NCBI GenBank assembly: GCA_015068735.1
Contig: SVJW01000001.1
Location: 9,123 to 73,122 of the forward strand
From: Oscillospiraceae bacterium
Lineage (GTDB): Bacteria > Bacillota > Clostridia > UMGS1883
Direction of reading: 5' to 3'
DNA length: 64,000 bases
The notes beneath the pieces are model-generated. The model did no database searches. It was given only the letters and a program-made list of their open reading frames with translations, and had not been told where the DNA came from. The position numbers and the translations under genes are program-made. Position 1 is the first letter of the stretch. Each line of letters opens with the position of its first letter. Shown piece after piece: positions 27,735 through 38,351 of this stretch.

Positions 27735-28741
27735 TTATTTTCTCCGTAATATTCAAAGTACCATTTTGCAAAGCGGTTAAGTCCGTCCTCGATTGAAGTG
27801 GAGGGTTTGAAATCAAAATCTTTCTGAAGCTCTGTGACATCGGCATATGTCTGGTAAACATCTCCGGGCTGCATAGGAAGATATTCCTTTTCTGCCACTT
27901 TGCCAATTGCCTTTTCAAGAGTTTCGATAAAGTACATAAGTTTTTCGGGATTGTTGTTACCGATATTGTAAACCTTTGCTCTGTCTCCGTTTTCATCAGC
28001 CTTGGGAGGATTGAGAAGCATATTCATAATACCCTGTACAATATCATCAACATATGTAAAGTCACGGTACATATCACCGTTGTTGAAAATCTTTATTGTT
28101 TCGCCTTTCATAATCTTCTTTGTGAAAGAGAAATATGCCATATCGGGTCTGCCATAGGGGCCGTATACAGTAAAGAAGCGAAGTCCCGTTGAGGGGAATT
28201 TATAAAGATGGCTGTATGTAAATGCCATAAGCTCGTTTGATTTCTTTGTTGCCGCATAAAGACTTATAGGATGGTCTACGTTATCATCCGTTGAGAAAGG
28301 TGTTTTCTGCTGATTTCCGTAAACAGAAGAACTTGAAGCATATATAAGATGCTCAATCTTGTGATGACGGCAAGCCTCCAAAATATTATAGAAACCAATA
28401 ATATTGCTTTCGATATATGAACCGGGGTTGTCGATAGAATACCTTACCCCTGCCTGTGCCGCTAAGTTCACAATAATATCGGGGCAGTATGTATCAAAAA
28501 TGCTCCAAACTGCATCACGGTCGGCAAGATTGCCCTTTATAAAAGTAAATTTTTCGTACTTATTAAGGATATCAAGACGAGCTTCCTTGAGGGAAACCTC
28601 GTAGTAATCGTTAAGGTTATCAAAGCCAATTACTTCACCGCCCTCCTCCAATATTCTCTTGGAAAGGTGGAAGCCGATAAAGCCTGCTGCACCTGTAACC
28701 AGTATTTTCTTTGTTCCGTTATATTTTTTAAAATCAGCCAT
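27731..28741 (-). CDS. NAD-dependent epimerase, UDP-glucuronate 4-epimerase-like
   Basis: GAAGFIGFHL Rossmann motif and YAATK catalytic motif. The N-terminal pattern resembles Cap1J/GlaKP-type enzymes. Adjacent to ugd. Confidence 0.7.
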   Translation of the reverse strand: MADFKKYNGTKKILVTGAAGFIGFHLSKRILEEGGEVIGFDNLNDYYEVSLKEARLDILNKYEKFTFIKGNLADRDAVWSIFDTYCPDIIVNLAAQAGVRYSIDNPGSYIESNIIGFYNILEACRHHKIEHLIYASSSSVYGNQQKTPFSTDDNVDHPISLYAATKKSNELMAFTYSHLYKFPSTGLRFFTVYGPYGRPDMAYFSFTKKIMKGETIKIFNNGDMYRDFTYVDDIVQGIMNMLLNPPKADENGDRAKVYNIGNNNPEKLMYFIETLEKAIGKVAEKEYLPMQPGDVYQTYADVTELQKDFDFKPSTSIEDGLNRFAKWYFEYYGENK

Positions 28742-28756
28742 TTTATTATTCTCCTA

Positions 28757-29941
28757 TCAATCACGAAAATATAAATCTCTGGTATAAACCTTATTCATAA
28801 CATCCGATATTTCTTCATTGTATCTGTTCGCAATAATAACATCTGAAATTTTCTTAAACTCTTCAAGACCGTTTACAACTCTTGAATTAAAGAAGCTTTC
28901 TTCTTTGAGAGTGGGTTCGTACACCACTACCTCAATACCTTTCGCCTTAATACGTTTCATAACACCCTGAATTGAGCTTTGGCGGAAGTTATCCGAGTTT
29001 GACTTCATTGTAAGGCGATAGATTCCCACAACATTTGGACTTCTCTCAATAATACGATCTGCAATAAAGTCCTTTCGGGTTGTATTTGCATCAACAATTG
29101 CACGAATAATATTATTCGGAACATCATTGAAATTTGCAAGTAATTGCTTTGTGTCCTTGGGCAAGCAGTATCCGCCGTAGCCAAAGGATGGGTTGTTGTA
29201 GTGATTTCCTATTCTCGGGTCAAGACCTACGCCCTCAATAATTTGCTTTGTGTTAAGACCTCTTACCTCTGCATAAGTATCAAGTTCATTAAAAAATGAT
29301 ACTCTAAGTGCAAGATATGTATTTGCAAAAAGTTTTACCGCCTCGGCTTCAGTGGGATTTGTAAAGAGAACGGGAATATCTTCTTTTATTGCACCATCTT
29401 TCAAGAGAGATGCAAACTGCTTCGCTTTCCCTGAAAGTACTTCATCTTCAAGAGGTGCTCCCACAATAATTCGGGATGGGTAGAGATTATCATAAAGAGC
29501 TTTTCCCTCTCTTAAAAACTCAGGTGAAAAAATTATGTTGTTACAATCATATTTTTCTCTTACTAATTCGGTATATCCTACAGGAACGGTCGATTTTATA
29601 ACCATAATTGCATTGGGGTTTATTGAAAGAACTGTTTCAATAACGTTTTCAACACTGGACGTATCAAAATAATTAAGTTTAGGATCGTAATTTGTGGGAG
29701 TTGATATAATTATAAAATCTGCGTCTTCGTATGCTTTTTCACAGTTTGTAGTTGCAGTAAGATTAAGTTCTTTTTCTGCAAGATAATCTTCAATTTCTTT
29801 ATCAACTATTGGAGATTTACGGTTATTTATCAACTCTACTTTTTCAGGAATAATGTCAACGGCAAAAACCTCATTATGCTGTGCAAGAAGTATTGCATTT
29901 GAGAGCCCTACATATCCTGTACCTGCAACTGCTATTTTCAT
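28757..29941 (-). CDS. ugd: UDP-glucose 6-dehydrogenase
   Basis: [22 protein letters not shown] catalytic Cys motif. Confidence 0.9.
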   Translation of the reverse strand: MKIAVAGTGYVGLSNAILLAQHNEVFAVDIIPEKVELINNRKSPIVDKEIEDYLAEKELNLTATTNCEKAYEDADFIIISTPTNYDPKLNYFDTSSVENVIETVLSINPNAIMVIKSTVPVGYTELVREKYDCNNIIFSPEFLREGKALYDNLYPSRIIVGAPLEDEVLSGKAKQFASLLKDGAIKEDIPVLFTNPTEAEAVKLFANTYLALRVSFFNELDTYAEVRGLNTKQIIEGVGLDPRIGNHYNNPSFGYGGYCLPKDTKQLLANFNDVPNNIIRAIVDANTTRKDFIADRIIERSPNVVGIYRLTMKSNSDNFRQSSIQGVMKRIKAKGIEVVVYEPTLKEESFFNSRVVNGLEEFKKISDVIIANRYNEEISDVMNKVYTRDLYFRD

Positions 29942-29963
29942 ATTGTTAATTCCTTTCTGTTAT

Positions 29964-31103
29964 TTATAACTCTACACCGTCTGCAGTTTTGCAAAAATGT
30001 ATATTGAAACCTTTTTCAAGGTTGGGGAATTCTTTAAGATATTTTCTCGTTATCTCTGCTTCTATTTTATCTTTATATTCGGGATTCACTATTGCCATAC
30101 AGCAACCCTTGAATCCTGCTCCACTAAATCTTCCGCCGTAAATGCCCTCTGTTTCAATCATTATTTCATGAAGTTTCTTAAGCTCTGCAGAGCCTGTTTC
30201 ATAATTTATTATACTGCTGTTTCCGCTTTCAAAGGAAAGTCTTCCAAAGGCTTCGATATCGCCTTTTCTCCAAGCTTCCGCACCTTTCTGAACACGTTCC
30301 ATTTCTGTATAATAATGCGTTGCGCGCTTTCTCCAGTTTTCGGGAAGACGGTCTTTATATGCAGCAAAAACTTCATGAGGAACATCACGAAGATAGGTAT
30401 CCTGAAATTTCCCGTACTCCATATCGGAAAAAGCTTTCATCGCATAAGCCGCACTTTTAAGCTCGTCCACTCGCATATTAAATTTACTTCCTACAAGGGT
30501 TCTTTCAACACCGCTGAAAATAACTGCAATTTCAAATGGCTTCATATTGGGATTTTGTGGAATAAGCTCGTAACTGTCATCCTTAATATCCAGATAAAGA
30601 AGGTGATCTTTCTTAGAATAAACCTCGCAGGACTGATCAAGTTTGCCGACCTTTACACCTACATACTCATTTTCCGCCCAATGAGCGATTGAAATAAGCT
30701 CTGAGCGGGAAACTTTTATATTATTCGCACGGCAAAGAGCACTTAAAAATGCAATTATAACCGCTGCCGAAGATGATAATCCCCCGATGGGAAGACTTCC
30801 TTTTATGTGTGCCTTAATTCCGTAAGAAACGTCATGTTTCCTTTTGAGTGAAACCAATGCACCGCGGAGATAATCCGCCCAATCTCCCTCAAGTTCAGGG
30901 GTGGTATTTGCAGAAAATTCTACCTGCTTTTTAAATTCGGCACTCGTGAGAAATATGCTTCCATCCTGAGTTTTTTCGTACTCCACCTCTATACCTTTGT
31001 CAATAGCAAAACCGCTTACTATTCCCAACTGATGGTCAATATGTGCTCCGAGGGGGCATACTCTGTATGGGCAAAACGCTTTTTCTTTATACATCTTTTT
31101 CAT
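29964..31103 (-). CDS. GHMP-family sugar kinase (galactokinase-like)
   Basis: PYRVCPLGAHIDHQ, GSLPIGGLSSSAAV (GHMP motif), GGRFSGAGFKGC. Confidence 0.75.
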   Translation of the reverse strand: MKKMYKEKAFCPYRVCPLGAHIDHQLGIVSGFAIDKGIEVEYEKTQDGSIFLTSAEFKKQVEFSANTTPELEGDWADYLRGALVSLKRKHDVSYGIKAHIKGSLPIGGLSSSAAVIIAFLSALCRANNIKVSRSELISIAHWAENEYVGVKVGKLDQSCEVYSKKDHLLYLDIKDDSYELIPQNPNMKPFEIAVIFSGVERTLVGSKFNMRVDELKSAAYAMKAFSDMEYGKFQDTYLRDVPHEVFAAYKDRLPENWRKRATHYYTEMERVQKGAEAWRKGDIEAFGRLSFESGNSSIINYETGSAELKKLHEIMIETEGIYGGRFSGAGFKGCCMAIVNPEYKDKIEAEITRKYLKEFPNLEKGFNIHFCKTADGVEL

Positions 31104-32313
31104 TCTCTTTCCTTTTATTTTTGTAAAAGTTATAATCGCCTAATATTTCACGGCGTTTTTCAAGTTTTTCATCATTTACATCTGCTGTTCCTGTTACGGA
31201 ACCGATTTTTTTAAGTTTCCCTCTCAACAGCACATCCATCCACCGTTTAATCCAGCCTACCGGGACCATAAATGCAGTGCTGTTCTCCTTGAGAAATCCC
31301 TTTTGTATAAGTGTTCTTTTTGAGGGAAATGCAATCCTCCAAAGCGTTTTCAGAACACCTTTTCTTCGTTCTCTTTCGCTTTTTCCGTAGAGGCCATGAA
31401 GAAGTTTTACCTTATATTTCTTTCTGTCAGTGTCATTGTGTCCAAATGATCCGCCGTCGTCCATATCGGAAAGAATATCTTCCGGGTTTTCTTCTTCACA
31501 TTCAAAATTCATTTTAAAATATTTATTTCCAATGGTATATATGGCATTCATAAACTTTTTAAATTCCAATTCTTCAATTACCGAATTGAACCCGTCCATA
31601 TCTGTTTCTTTGCGGTATTTTTCCACATATAAAAGCCAGTCGGAAATCTGTCTGAGGCCCAATCCGTCCTTCACAAAATGCTTTATCATATGGGAAGCGG
31701 CAAAGTACAGCCCATCGTTTTTTCCTAAAATATTAAGGCTTGTTCCGTCCGGAGTTTTCATCGTGTCAAAGGGTTCCTTCACCTTAAACTTTCCTTTAAG
31801 CACATATTTATCGAACTCACTGTCAAAAAGCTTCACATGGATTTCAAAAAGACCTGCCTTGGGATGCTTTGCCGTAAAATTCTGCGCAATTTCTTCTCTG
31901 TCTGCTACAACAAAATTTCTGTCTTCCATAAATTTCATTACTTTTTTTTCGTCGGACGGATTTATTAAAATATCCACATCTCCCGAAATTCTGAGTTCCG
32001 GCATAGGGTATAGAGTTGCGAGAGAACTCCCTTTTAAAACGCAATGTTCAATGCCTGCCTCATTAAGCTCTTTGGAAAGTTTTCCGAGAAAAAACATTCT
32101 CCGCTCGTTATTCGCCAATGACTGCATAACAAGAGCATAATACCTGTTGTTGGTTTCTTCTCCGAAAAGATTGAAATATATAAGGGGAAGAATATTCTGT
32201 TCGATTGCTTTTTTTGCAATTGCTTCACGATCGCAATTCTCGGGGAGTATAGTTTTTCTTCCGCAAATTGCATCACCGTAAATATACAAAAGATTTTCAA
32301 ATGCAGTTGTCAT
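31087..32313 (-). CDS. Pol-beta-fold nucleotidyltransferase family protein (resembles NTP_transf_5 / PF14907)
   Basis: LKGSSLATLYPMPELRISGDVDILI motif. Overlaps the downstream GHMP kinase gene by 17 nt. Confidence 0.55.
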   Translation of the reverse strand: MTTAFENLLYIYGDAICGRKTILPENCDREAIAKKAIEQNILPLIYFNLFGEETNNRYYALVMQSLANNERRMFFLGKLSKELNEAGIEHCVLKGSSLATLYPMPELRISGDVDILINPSDEKKVMKFMEDRNFVVADREEIAQNFTAKHPKAGLFEIHVKLFDSEFDKYVLKGKFKVKEPFDTMKTPDGTSLNILGKNDGLYFAASHMIKHFVKDGLGLRQISDWLLYVEKYRKETDMDGFNSVIEELEFKKFMNAIYTIGNKYFKMNFECEEENPEDILSDMDDGGSFGHNDTDRKKYKVKLLHGLYGKSERERRKGVLKTLWRIAFPSKRTLIQKGFLKENSTAFMVPVGWIKRWMDVLLRGKLKKIGSVTGTADVNDEKLEKRREILGDYNFYKNKRKENEKDV

Positions 32314-32324
32314 ACTGCCACTCC

Positions 32325-32852
32325 TTATAATTTTTCTCCCATGATAACTGTACCGGGAAAAATGTGCTGAGCTTCATCTATTTTTGCACACTCCCAGGTA
32401 ATTACACCATGACCTATATGACTGTAATTTCCGATTACACAATGATGGTCTACTATTGCGCCGGAATTTACAATAACATGATCGCCAAGCTGTGCAAAAG
32501 CGTTTATTATTGTACCTTTAAGGATAATACTTCCTTTGCCGATTTTTGCACTTTTACTGATATTTGCCGATTTGTCAATTACCGTCAGGTAATTAAGAGT
32601 AGGATGCGCTTCTGCAATTTTCTTGCGAGCCTTAGGACTGCCAATGGAAATAACAAAGAATGTATTTTCATCCGCAAACTTTTCTGCATCCTCAACTTTT
32701 CCCATGTGAGGGTAGTCGTAATTTATTCTGCTGATACCGTTATCGTCCAGAATACCCTGTATTTCATAATCAGAATATTTCTCGTTTTCAGTTATTGAAT
32801 CAATCACAACGGGGGAAAAAGTTCCCCCACCGATAAGGATAATTTTTTTCAT
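32325..32852 (-). CDS. NeuD/PglD-type sugar N/O-acetyltransferase (left-handed beta-helix)
   Basis: Start trimmed to ATG 32852, giving MKKIILIGGGTFSPVVIDSI (Rossmann-like N-domain) followed by hexapeptide repeats. Confidence 0.75.
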   Translation of the reverse strand: MKKIILIGGGTFSPVVIDSITENEKYSDYEIQGILDDNGISRINYDYPHMGKVEDAEKFADENTFFVISIGSPKARKKIAEAHPTLNYLTVIDKSANISKSAKIGKGSIILKGTIINAFAQLGDHVIVNSGAIVDHHCVIGNYSHIGHGVITWECAKIDEAQHIFPGTVIMGEKL

Positions 32853-32859
32853 ATTATTA

Positions 32860-33879
32860 TCACCGATTGTCGTACATTTTTTTGTAGTAATCCTTGTATT
32901 CACCGCTGATGATGTTTTCCCACCAGGGCTTGTTATCAAGATACCACTTAATTGTCATTTTAATACCGTCATCAAACTTGGTTTCGGGAAGCCATCCAAG
33001 TTCGTTATGTATCTTTGTCGGGTCAATTGCATAGCGCATATCGTGACCCTTACGGTCTGTAACGTATGTGATAAGGCTTTCAGGCTTACCAAGTTCTTTA
33101 AGAATAGTCTTTACAACATCAATATTCGCTTTTTCGTTGTGACCACCAATATTATAAACTTCACCCACTCTGCCGTTATGAATGATAAGGTCAATTGCAC
33201 TGCAATGATCCTTAACATAAAGCCAGTCACGGATATTAAGTCCTTCACCGTATACGGGGAGAGATTTATCTGCAAGAGCGTTGGCAATCATAAGAGGAAT
33301 AAGTTTTTCAGGGAAATGATACGGACCGTAGTTATTTGAGCAACGGGAAATTGTTGCAGGGAAACCGTATGTCCTGTGGTAAGCCATTACAAGAAGGTCC
33401 GCGGAGGCCTTCGAAGCAGAATACGGACTTGAAGTGTGGATGGGTGTTTCCTCTGTAAAGAAAAGGTCGGGACGGTCTAAAGGAAGATCGCCGTAAACTT
33501 CGTCTGTGGAAACCTGATGGTAACGCTTAACCTCATATTCACGGGAAGCGTCCATAAGCACCTGAGTACCTAAAATATTTGTTTTAAGAAACACTTCAGG
33601 CTCTTCAATACTTCTGTCAACATGGCTTTCTGCCGCAAAGTTCACAACAATGTCAAACTTTTCTTCCTTGAAAAGATTTCTCACTGCTTCTCTGTCTGTG
33701 ATATCGCCTTTTACAAACTTGAAATCAGGATTTTTCATTGCATCTTCAAGTGTCTCCAGATTTCCTGCATATGTAAGCGCATCAAGGCAGACTACTTTGT
33801 AGCCGGGATGCTTTTCAAGCATATAATAAATAAAGTTACTGCCGATAAAGCCGGCACCGCCTGTTACAAGAATTTTCAT
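32860..33879 (-). CDS. rfbB: dTDP-glucose 4,6-dehydratase
   Basis: MKILVTGGAGFIGSNF...STDEVYG...YSASKA. Confidence 0.95.
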   Translation of the reverse strand: MKILVTGGAGFIGSNFIYYMLEKHPGYKVVCLDALTYAGNLETLEDAMKNPDFKFVKGDITDREAVRNLFKEEKFDIVVNFAAESHVDRSIEEPEVFLKTNILGTQVLMDASREYEVKRYHQVSTDEVYGDLPLDRPDLFFTEETPIHTSSPYSASKASADLLVMAYHRTYGFPATISRCSNNYGPYHFPEKLIPLMIANALADKSLPVYGEGLNIRDWLYVKDHCSAIDLIIHNGRVGEVYNIGGHNEKANIDVVKTILKELGKPESLITYVTDRKGHDMRYAIDPTKIHNELGWLPETKFDDGIKMTIKWYLDNKPWWENIISGEYKDYYKKMYDNR

Positions 33880-33884
33880 AGCTT

Positions 33885-34751
33885 TTACTCCTTTGCTATC
33901 TCAAGAATATATTTACCGTAGTCTGTCATCTTAAGCTCATCACCGATTTTTTGAAGCTGTTCTTTGGTAATAAATCCGCGGCGGTAAGCTATTTCCTCAA
34001 TACATGAAATATACATTCCCTGAACATTCTGTACAGTTTGTACGAACTGGCTTGCCTGAAGCATACCTGCAGGTGAGCCTGTGTCGAGCCATGCTATACC
34101 ACGGTTAAATAGTCTAACCTTAAGGGTGCCTCTCTTAAGATATTCGTTATTTACTGCTGTAATCTCAATTTCTCCGCGTGCGGAGGGCTTTACGTTCTTT
34201 GCAATTTCAATTACGCTGTTGTCATAGAAGTAAAGTCCCGGAACTGCATATTTTGACTTGGGATTTTCCGGCTTTTCCTCAATGGAGACAACATTGAAAT
34301 CCTCGTCGAACTCAACAACGCCAAATGCTCTGGGATCGCTTACGGGGTAACCGAAAATCGTTGCACCTGTGTTATTTTCCATTGCACTACGAAGAATTTT
34401 TGTGAAGTTCTGTCCATAGAAGACATTGTCACCCAGAACGAGGCAGACGCTGTCATTTCCTATAAATTCTTCGCCAATGATAAAGGCATCTGCAAGACCT
34501 CTGGGGGTCTCCTGCACTTTGTAGGAAATATTTACGCCAATTTGCTCTCCTGTACCGAGAAGCTTTTCATACATTGGGGTATCCTCGGGCGTGGAGATAA
34601 TAAGGATATCTCTTATCCCTGCCAAAAGAAGTGTAGAGAGCGGATAGTAAATAAGGGGTTTGTCATAGATGGGGAGAAGCTGTTTTGACACTGTTTTTGT
34701 CATGGGGTAAAGGCGTGTTCCCTTGCCGCCTGCTAAGATTATACCTTTCAT
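33885..34751 (-). CDS. rfbA: Glucose-1-phosphate thymidylyltransferase
   Basis: [18 protein letters not shown]...[17 protein letters not shown]. Confidence 0.95.
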   Translation of the reverse strand: MKGIILAGGKGTRLYPMTKTVSKQLLPIYDKPLIYYPLSTLLLAGIRDILIISTPEDTPMYEKLLGTGEQIGVNISYKVQETPRGLADAFIIGEEFIGNDSVCLVLGDNVFYGQNFTKILRSAMENNTGATIFGYPVSDPRAFGVVEFDEDFNVVSIEEKPENPKSKYAVPGLYFYDNSVIEIAKNVKPSARGEIEITAVNNEYLKRGTLKVRLFNRGIAWLDTGSPAGMLQASQFVQTVQNVQGMYISCIEEIAYRRGFITKEQLQKIGDELKMTDYGKYILEIAKE

Positions 34752-34755
34752 TAAA

Positions 34756-35892
34756 TTAATCCTCCGTTATTTGAAATTTTTCAAATACTTTTTGTTCTAT
34801 TTTTTTATACGCTTTTACAATTCCATCTATATATTTATCTGCAAAACGGAAAAATGGTTTCTCGAGAAATTTTATTCGAAAATAGTCTATTACTGTGCAT
34901 ATTACGTATATCACGATTACACTTGTAACCGCATGGACTATTAACCATTGAGAGTTAAACATTCCGGCATTATCAAGAATATCATACCAAAGCCACTTTC
35001 TCATAGCGTCACTGTTTGCATGGATGAGAAGTACTCCGAAACATGATGCCGCAATCGAGTTTATAAACACACTCCTGAATTTAAGATTCTTAAAATATAA
35101 AAATACAGATAGTGCAGTGAGCACTGCAAAGGCTTTATTAGAATCCTGTAAAAGGTAATATGGTACAAATCTTGGTTTTCCAAGCCATGCAAAGAATATT
35201 ACACTTGCCATGGAAAAAGCAATCACCAATATTACTGTAATTCCCCAGAATTTCCTCTTCTCGAATATTCTTTTAGGATACAGACGAATATAAGAAGCTA
35301 TCAGGTACAGTACCGCAAACCAAGAAACATAGTTCATATTTATGTTTCTTTCAAAAACTGTACCAAAAACCACATATATAAAGCACAACAGAGATGTAAT
35401 ATAAATATGTTGCTTTTCTGACATATTTTCTATAAGTATGTTTAAAAATGGGATACAAAGGAAAAACAGAAGATAACATCCTATGAAGTTTGATTTAATC
35501 TGAGAGACCGGAAGAAGCACTTTTGCAAATCCGCTAATCGAAAATTCTGTGTAACCTGTTGCAATGAAAATGACATAGAACAATATCTTGTAAAACTCCA
35601 CTTCAAGCAGAAATTTCAGAAATTTTTTCACTGTTATCTGAGATTTGCACATAAAGTACCCCGTAATAAGAACAAAGCAATTTATGCCCGTTTTCCCCCA
35701 TGCTCCAAACAAAAGAAGGAAAAGGCTTCTACCGTTCATAGGGGCACTCATAATTGGACCTTCTGCTCCCCATAGTCCTGAATTCACAACATAGTGATGT
35801 GCAACAATAAGAAGCATTGTAATAATTCTAAAAAGTTCTAATCCCGATTCTCTTTGTATACTTTTAGTCAAAGTAATATCCTTATTTTTCAA
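34756..35892 (-). CDS. Acyltransferase family 3 membrane protein (polysaccharide O-acetyltransferase)
   Basis: 378 aa, about 10 TM segments. N-terminal [16 protein letters not shown] motif. Confidence 0.8.
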   Translation of the reverse strand: MKNKDITLTKSIQRESGLELFRIITMLLIVAHHYVVNSGLWGAEGPIMSAPMNGRSLFLLLFGAWGKTGINCFVLITGYFMCKSQITVKKFLKFLLEVEFYKILFYVIFIATGYTEFSISGFAKVLLPVSQIKSNFIGCYLLFFLCIPFLNILIENMSEKQHIYITSLLCFIYVVFGTVFERNINMNYVSWFAVLYLIASYIRLYPKRIFEKRKFWGITVILVIAFSMASVIFFAWLGKPRFVPYYLLQDSNKAFAVLTALSVFLYFKNLKFRSVFINSIAASCFGVLLIHANSDAMRKWLWYDILDNAGMFNSQWLIVHAVTSVIVIYVICTVIDYFRIKFLEKPFFRFADKYIDGIVKAYKKIEQKVFEKFQITED

Positions 35893-35913
35893 TGCAAGAG
35901 CTCCTCTCTCTGC

Positions 35914-37002
35914 TTATTTCAAAATAATATCACAAATCATTTTAACTTCATCTTCTGTAAGCCCTGCATACATGGGAAGTGTCAATACATTTTCAGAAAT
36001 TTTCTTTGCTACGGGTGTCTCCCCTCTGTACTTTCCTTTATAGCAGGAAAATTCATTGGTTATGGGGTAAAAATACTTTCTTGCAAAAACACCATTTTCT
36101 GAAAGCTTCTGTGCTACTTCGTCACGATTATATTTAAAACCTTCAAATACAACGGGGAAATATGCGTGATTTTGTGTTACGCCCTCCTGGACGGGAGAAA
36201 GCTTAATTCCGTCTATGTTCTCAAGTCGGGCACGGTAAGCTTTCTCTGCCAATTTTCTCTCAGCAATATTTTCATCAATATATTTAAGATTGCAAAGTCC
36301 CATAGCCGCCTGAAACTCGTTCATTTTGGCATTTGTGCCTACCATATCAACACTTTCGGGGCTTGTGATGCCGAAGTTACGAAGGGGAGAGATTTTACTT
36401 TCAAGGGATTTGTTACTGTATGTAAGGCAACCGCCCTCAATAGTATTGAAAACCTTAGTTGCGTGGAAGCTGAACATACTCACATCACCAAATGAGCCTA
36501 TTCCTCTGTCACCGATCTTCACACCGAAAACGTGTGCCGCATCATAGATAACCTTGAGATTGTATTTTTTCGCAATGGTATCAATTTTTTCTACATCACA
36601 GACATTTCCATAAACGTGTACAGGCATAATGGCACTTGTTTCATCGGTAATAAGTGCTTCAATTTTATCTGCATCAATAGTATATGTATCGGGATTTACA
36701 TCGCAAAAAACAGGAGTGAGTCCCGAGTCAACTATTGCGTGAGTTGTGGACGCAAAGGTGAATGGGGTTGTGATAACCTCACCTGTAAGCCCTAATGCAC
36801 GGATTGCGATGCATAGTGCAAGGTGTCCGTTAGTGAAAAGTGATACATTATCCACGCCAAGATATGAGCCGACTTTATCCATAAACTCATTATGGATTGG
36901 ACCCATATTGGTAAGCCATTTTGATTCAAATATAGGTTTTATTGCCTCGCAATACTCCTCATATGAGGGCATAGACGAACGTGTTACATTGATTTTGGTC
37001 AT
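35914..37002 (-). CDS. DegT/DnrJ/EryC1/StrS family aminotransferase (dTDP-4-keto-6-deoxyhexose 4-aminotransferase-like)
   Basis: DVSMFSFHATKVFNTIEGG PLP-lysine motif; 362 aa. Confidence 0.9.
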   Translation of the reverse strand: MTKINVTRSSMPSYEEYCEAIKPIFESKWLTNMGPIHNEFMDKVGSYLGVDNVSLFTNGHLALCIAIRALGLTGEVITTPFTFASTTHAIVDSGLTPVFCDVNPDTYTIDADKIEALITDETSAIMPVHVYGNVCDVEKIDTIAKKYNLKVIYDAAHVFGVKIGDRGIGSFGDVSMFSFHATKVFNTIEGGCLTYSNKSLESKISPLRNFGITSPESVDMVGTNAKMNEFQAAMGLCNLKYIDENIAERKLAEKAYRARLENIDGIKLSPVQEGVTQNHAYFPVVFEGFKYNRDEVAQKLSENGVFARKYFYPITNEFSCYKGKYRGETPVAKKISENVLTLPMYAGLTEDEVKMICDIILK

Positions 37003-37034
37003 TGGTAAAATCTCTTTTCAAATTAATTTGATTT

Positions 37035-38336
37035 TTAGGAATTGATAAGCATTTCATATGCTCTTTCATAAGTGAGGCATTCTATTTGCATATCGTTTCC
37101 GTTTTCATCCAAAACCTGAAGGGTGTGGCTGATTTTGCACAATGTTTCTGCAAGTTTTTCCTTGGTATCATCCATTACATGTAGACGATAAATTACTCTG
37201 TCCAATGCATTTGTTTTCGCAATGGTATCGCCTATTTTATGGAAAGTTGCATTTTGTAATACCTGAGGCATTGCCTCAACTTCTGAAAGGCCTTTAATCT
37301 CGGTTATTGTACCGGGTTTCAAAGTTATATAGTAGTTTACACAGCTTTTTGAGAAATTGGGATTGTCCTGAGTTTTTGCATCACCGCAAGTCATCTTGCC
37401 TGTCAATGAAAATTCAATCATCATATCCAGAGCATTGATACCGTTCAAGGGTGCAGCAAACACATAGAACTGCTCTCCACCCATTCTGAGACCTGATTCA
37501 AAGAAGCAGAATTTGTCGCCATCGATAAATCCCTGGAACATAACAATACCGTTCTTTATACCCAAACCTTCTATAAGTTTAATTACTGCGGGCTCGGTTG
37601 TTTTTCTGTACAAGTCAACGTAGGATGTGGGGAATACGTGCAGAATAGCTGAAGAAGCTACAGAACCTTCTGTAACGGCTTTCTGCTTCATGAAGGTAGA
37701 GGACAAACTGCAATACCCATCCTGAATTGTATAGTGAAGGAAGATTTCTTTACATTCTCCCATATATTTTTCACATAAAATTTTCTTACTCTTGGAATGT
37801 TCGTACAAAGCCTTGTAATATTCAACCAACTCTTCTTCATTGTCACAGCGTTTAATTCCGCGGCTACCGCTTTCGTCAGCAGGCTTTACCAAAACAGGAT
37901 ATTCGATTTTATCCAAATCTTCTCTTTTTAAATTAATATCAAGCTTATATTCGGGAATTGTGGGAACTCCGTACTTCAAACCAACTTCCTTGAATCTGCG
38001 TTTATCATTGGAAAGAATGTCAAACTGTTCTTTTGTTCCGCAGCAAGGAAGACCTGCCTTTTCACATATATCTGCGTAAAAAGGCAAATGTGAATCTGTC
38101 CATCCTACAAAAATTCCATCTATTCCTCTTTCTTTAATAAGAGCAAGCATTTCATCTGTTTTGGAAATATCGATATCAACTGTTTCATCAGCGATTTGTT
38201 TAGATGGAGACTCTTCTGTAGGATAGAAATTAGCTACAATAGTCTTTACTCCAAGTTCTTTTGCTCTTTTTACGGCACAAGCTGCAAGAGCCGTTCTGTC
38301 CATAACCAATAATTTTTTTCCGTCCAAATTATACAT
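37035..38336 (-). CDS. ATP-grasp domain protein (amide-bond-forming ligase-like)
   Basis: YPVLVKPADESGSRGI, EKYMGECKEIF and ESGLRMGGEQ motifs typical of the ATP-grasp fold. Confidence 0.8.
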   Translation of the reverse strand: MYNLDGKKLLVMDRTALAACAVKRAKELGVKTIVANFYPTEESPSKQIADETVDIDISKTDEMLALIKERGIDGIFVGWTDSHLPFYADICEKAGLPCCGTKEQFDILSNDKRRFKEVGLKYGVPTIPEYKLDINLKREDLDKIEYPVLVKPADESGSRGIKRCDNEEELVEYYKALYEHSKSKKILCEKYMGECKEIFLHYTIQDGYCSLSSTFMKQKAVTEGSVASSAILHVFPTSYVDLYRKTTEPAVIKLIEGLGIKNGIVMFQGFIDGDKFCFFESGLRMGGEQFYVFAAPLNGINALDMMIEFSLTGKMTCGDAKTQDNPNFSKSCVNYYITLKPGTITEIKGLSEVEAMPQVLQNATFHKIGDTIAKTNALDRVIYRLHVMDDTKEKLAETLCKISHTLQVLDENGNDMQIECLTYERAYEMLINS

Positions 38337-38351
38337 TTTTCTTCCTCTCGA

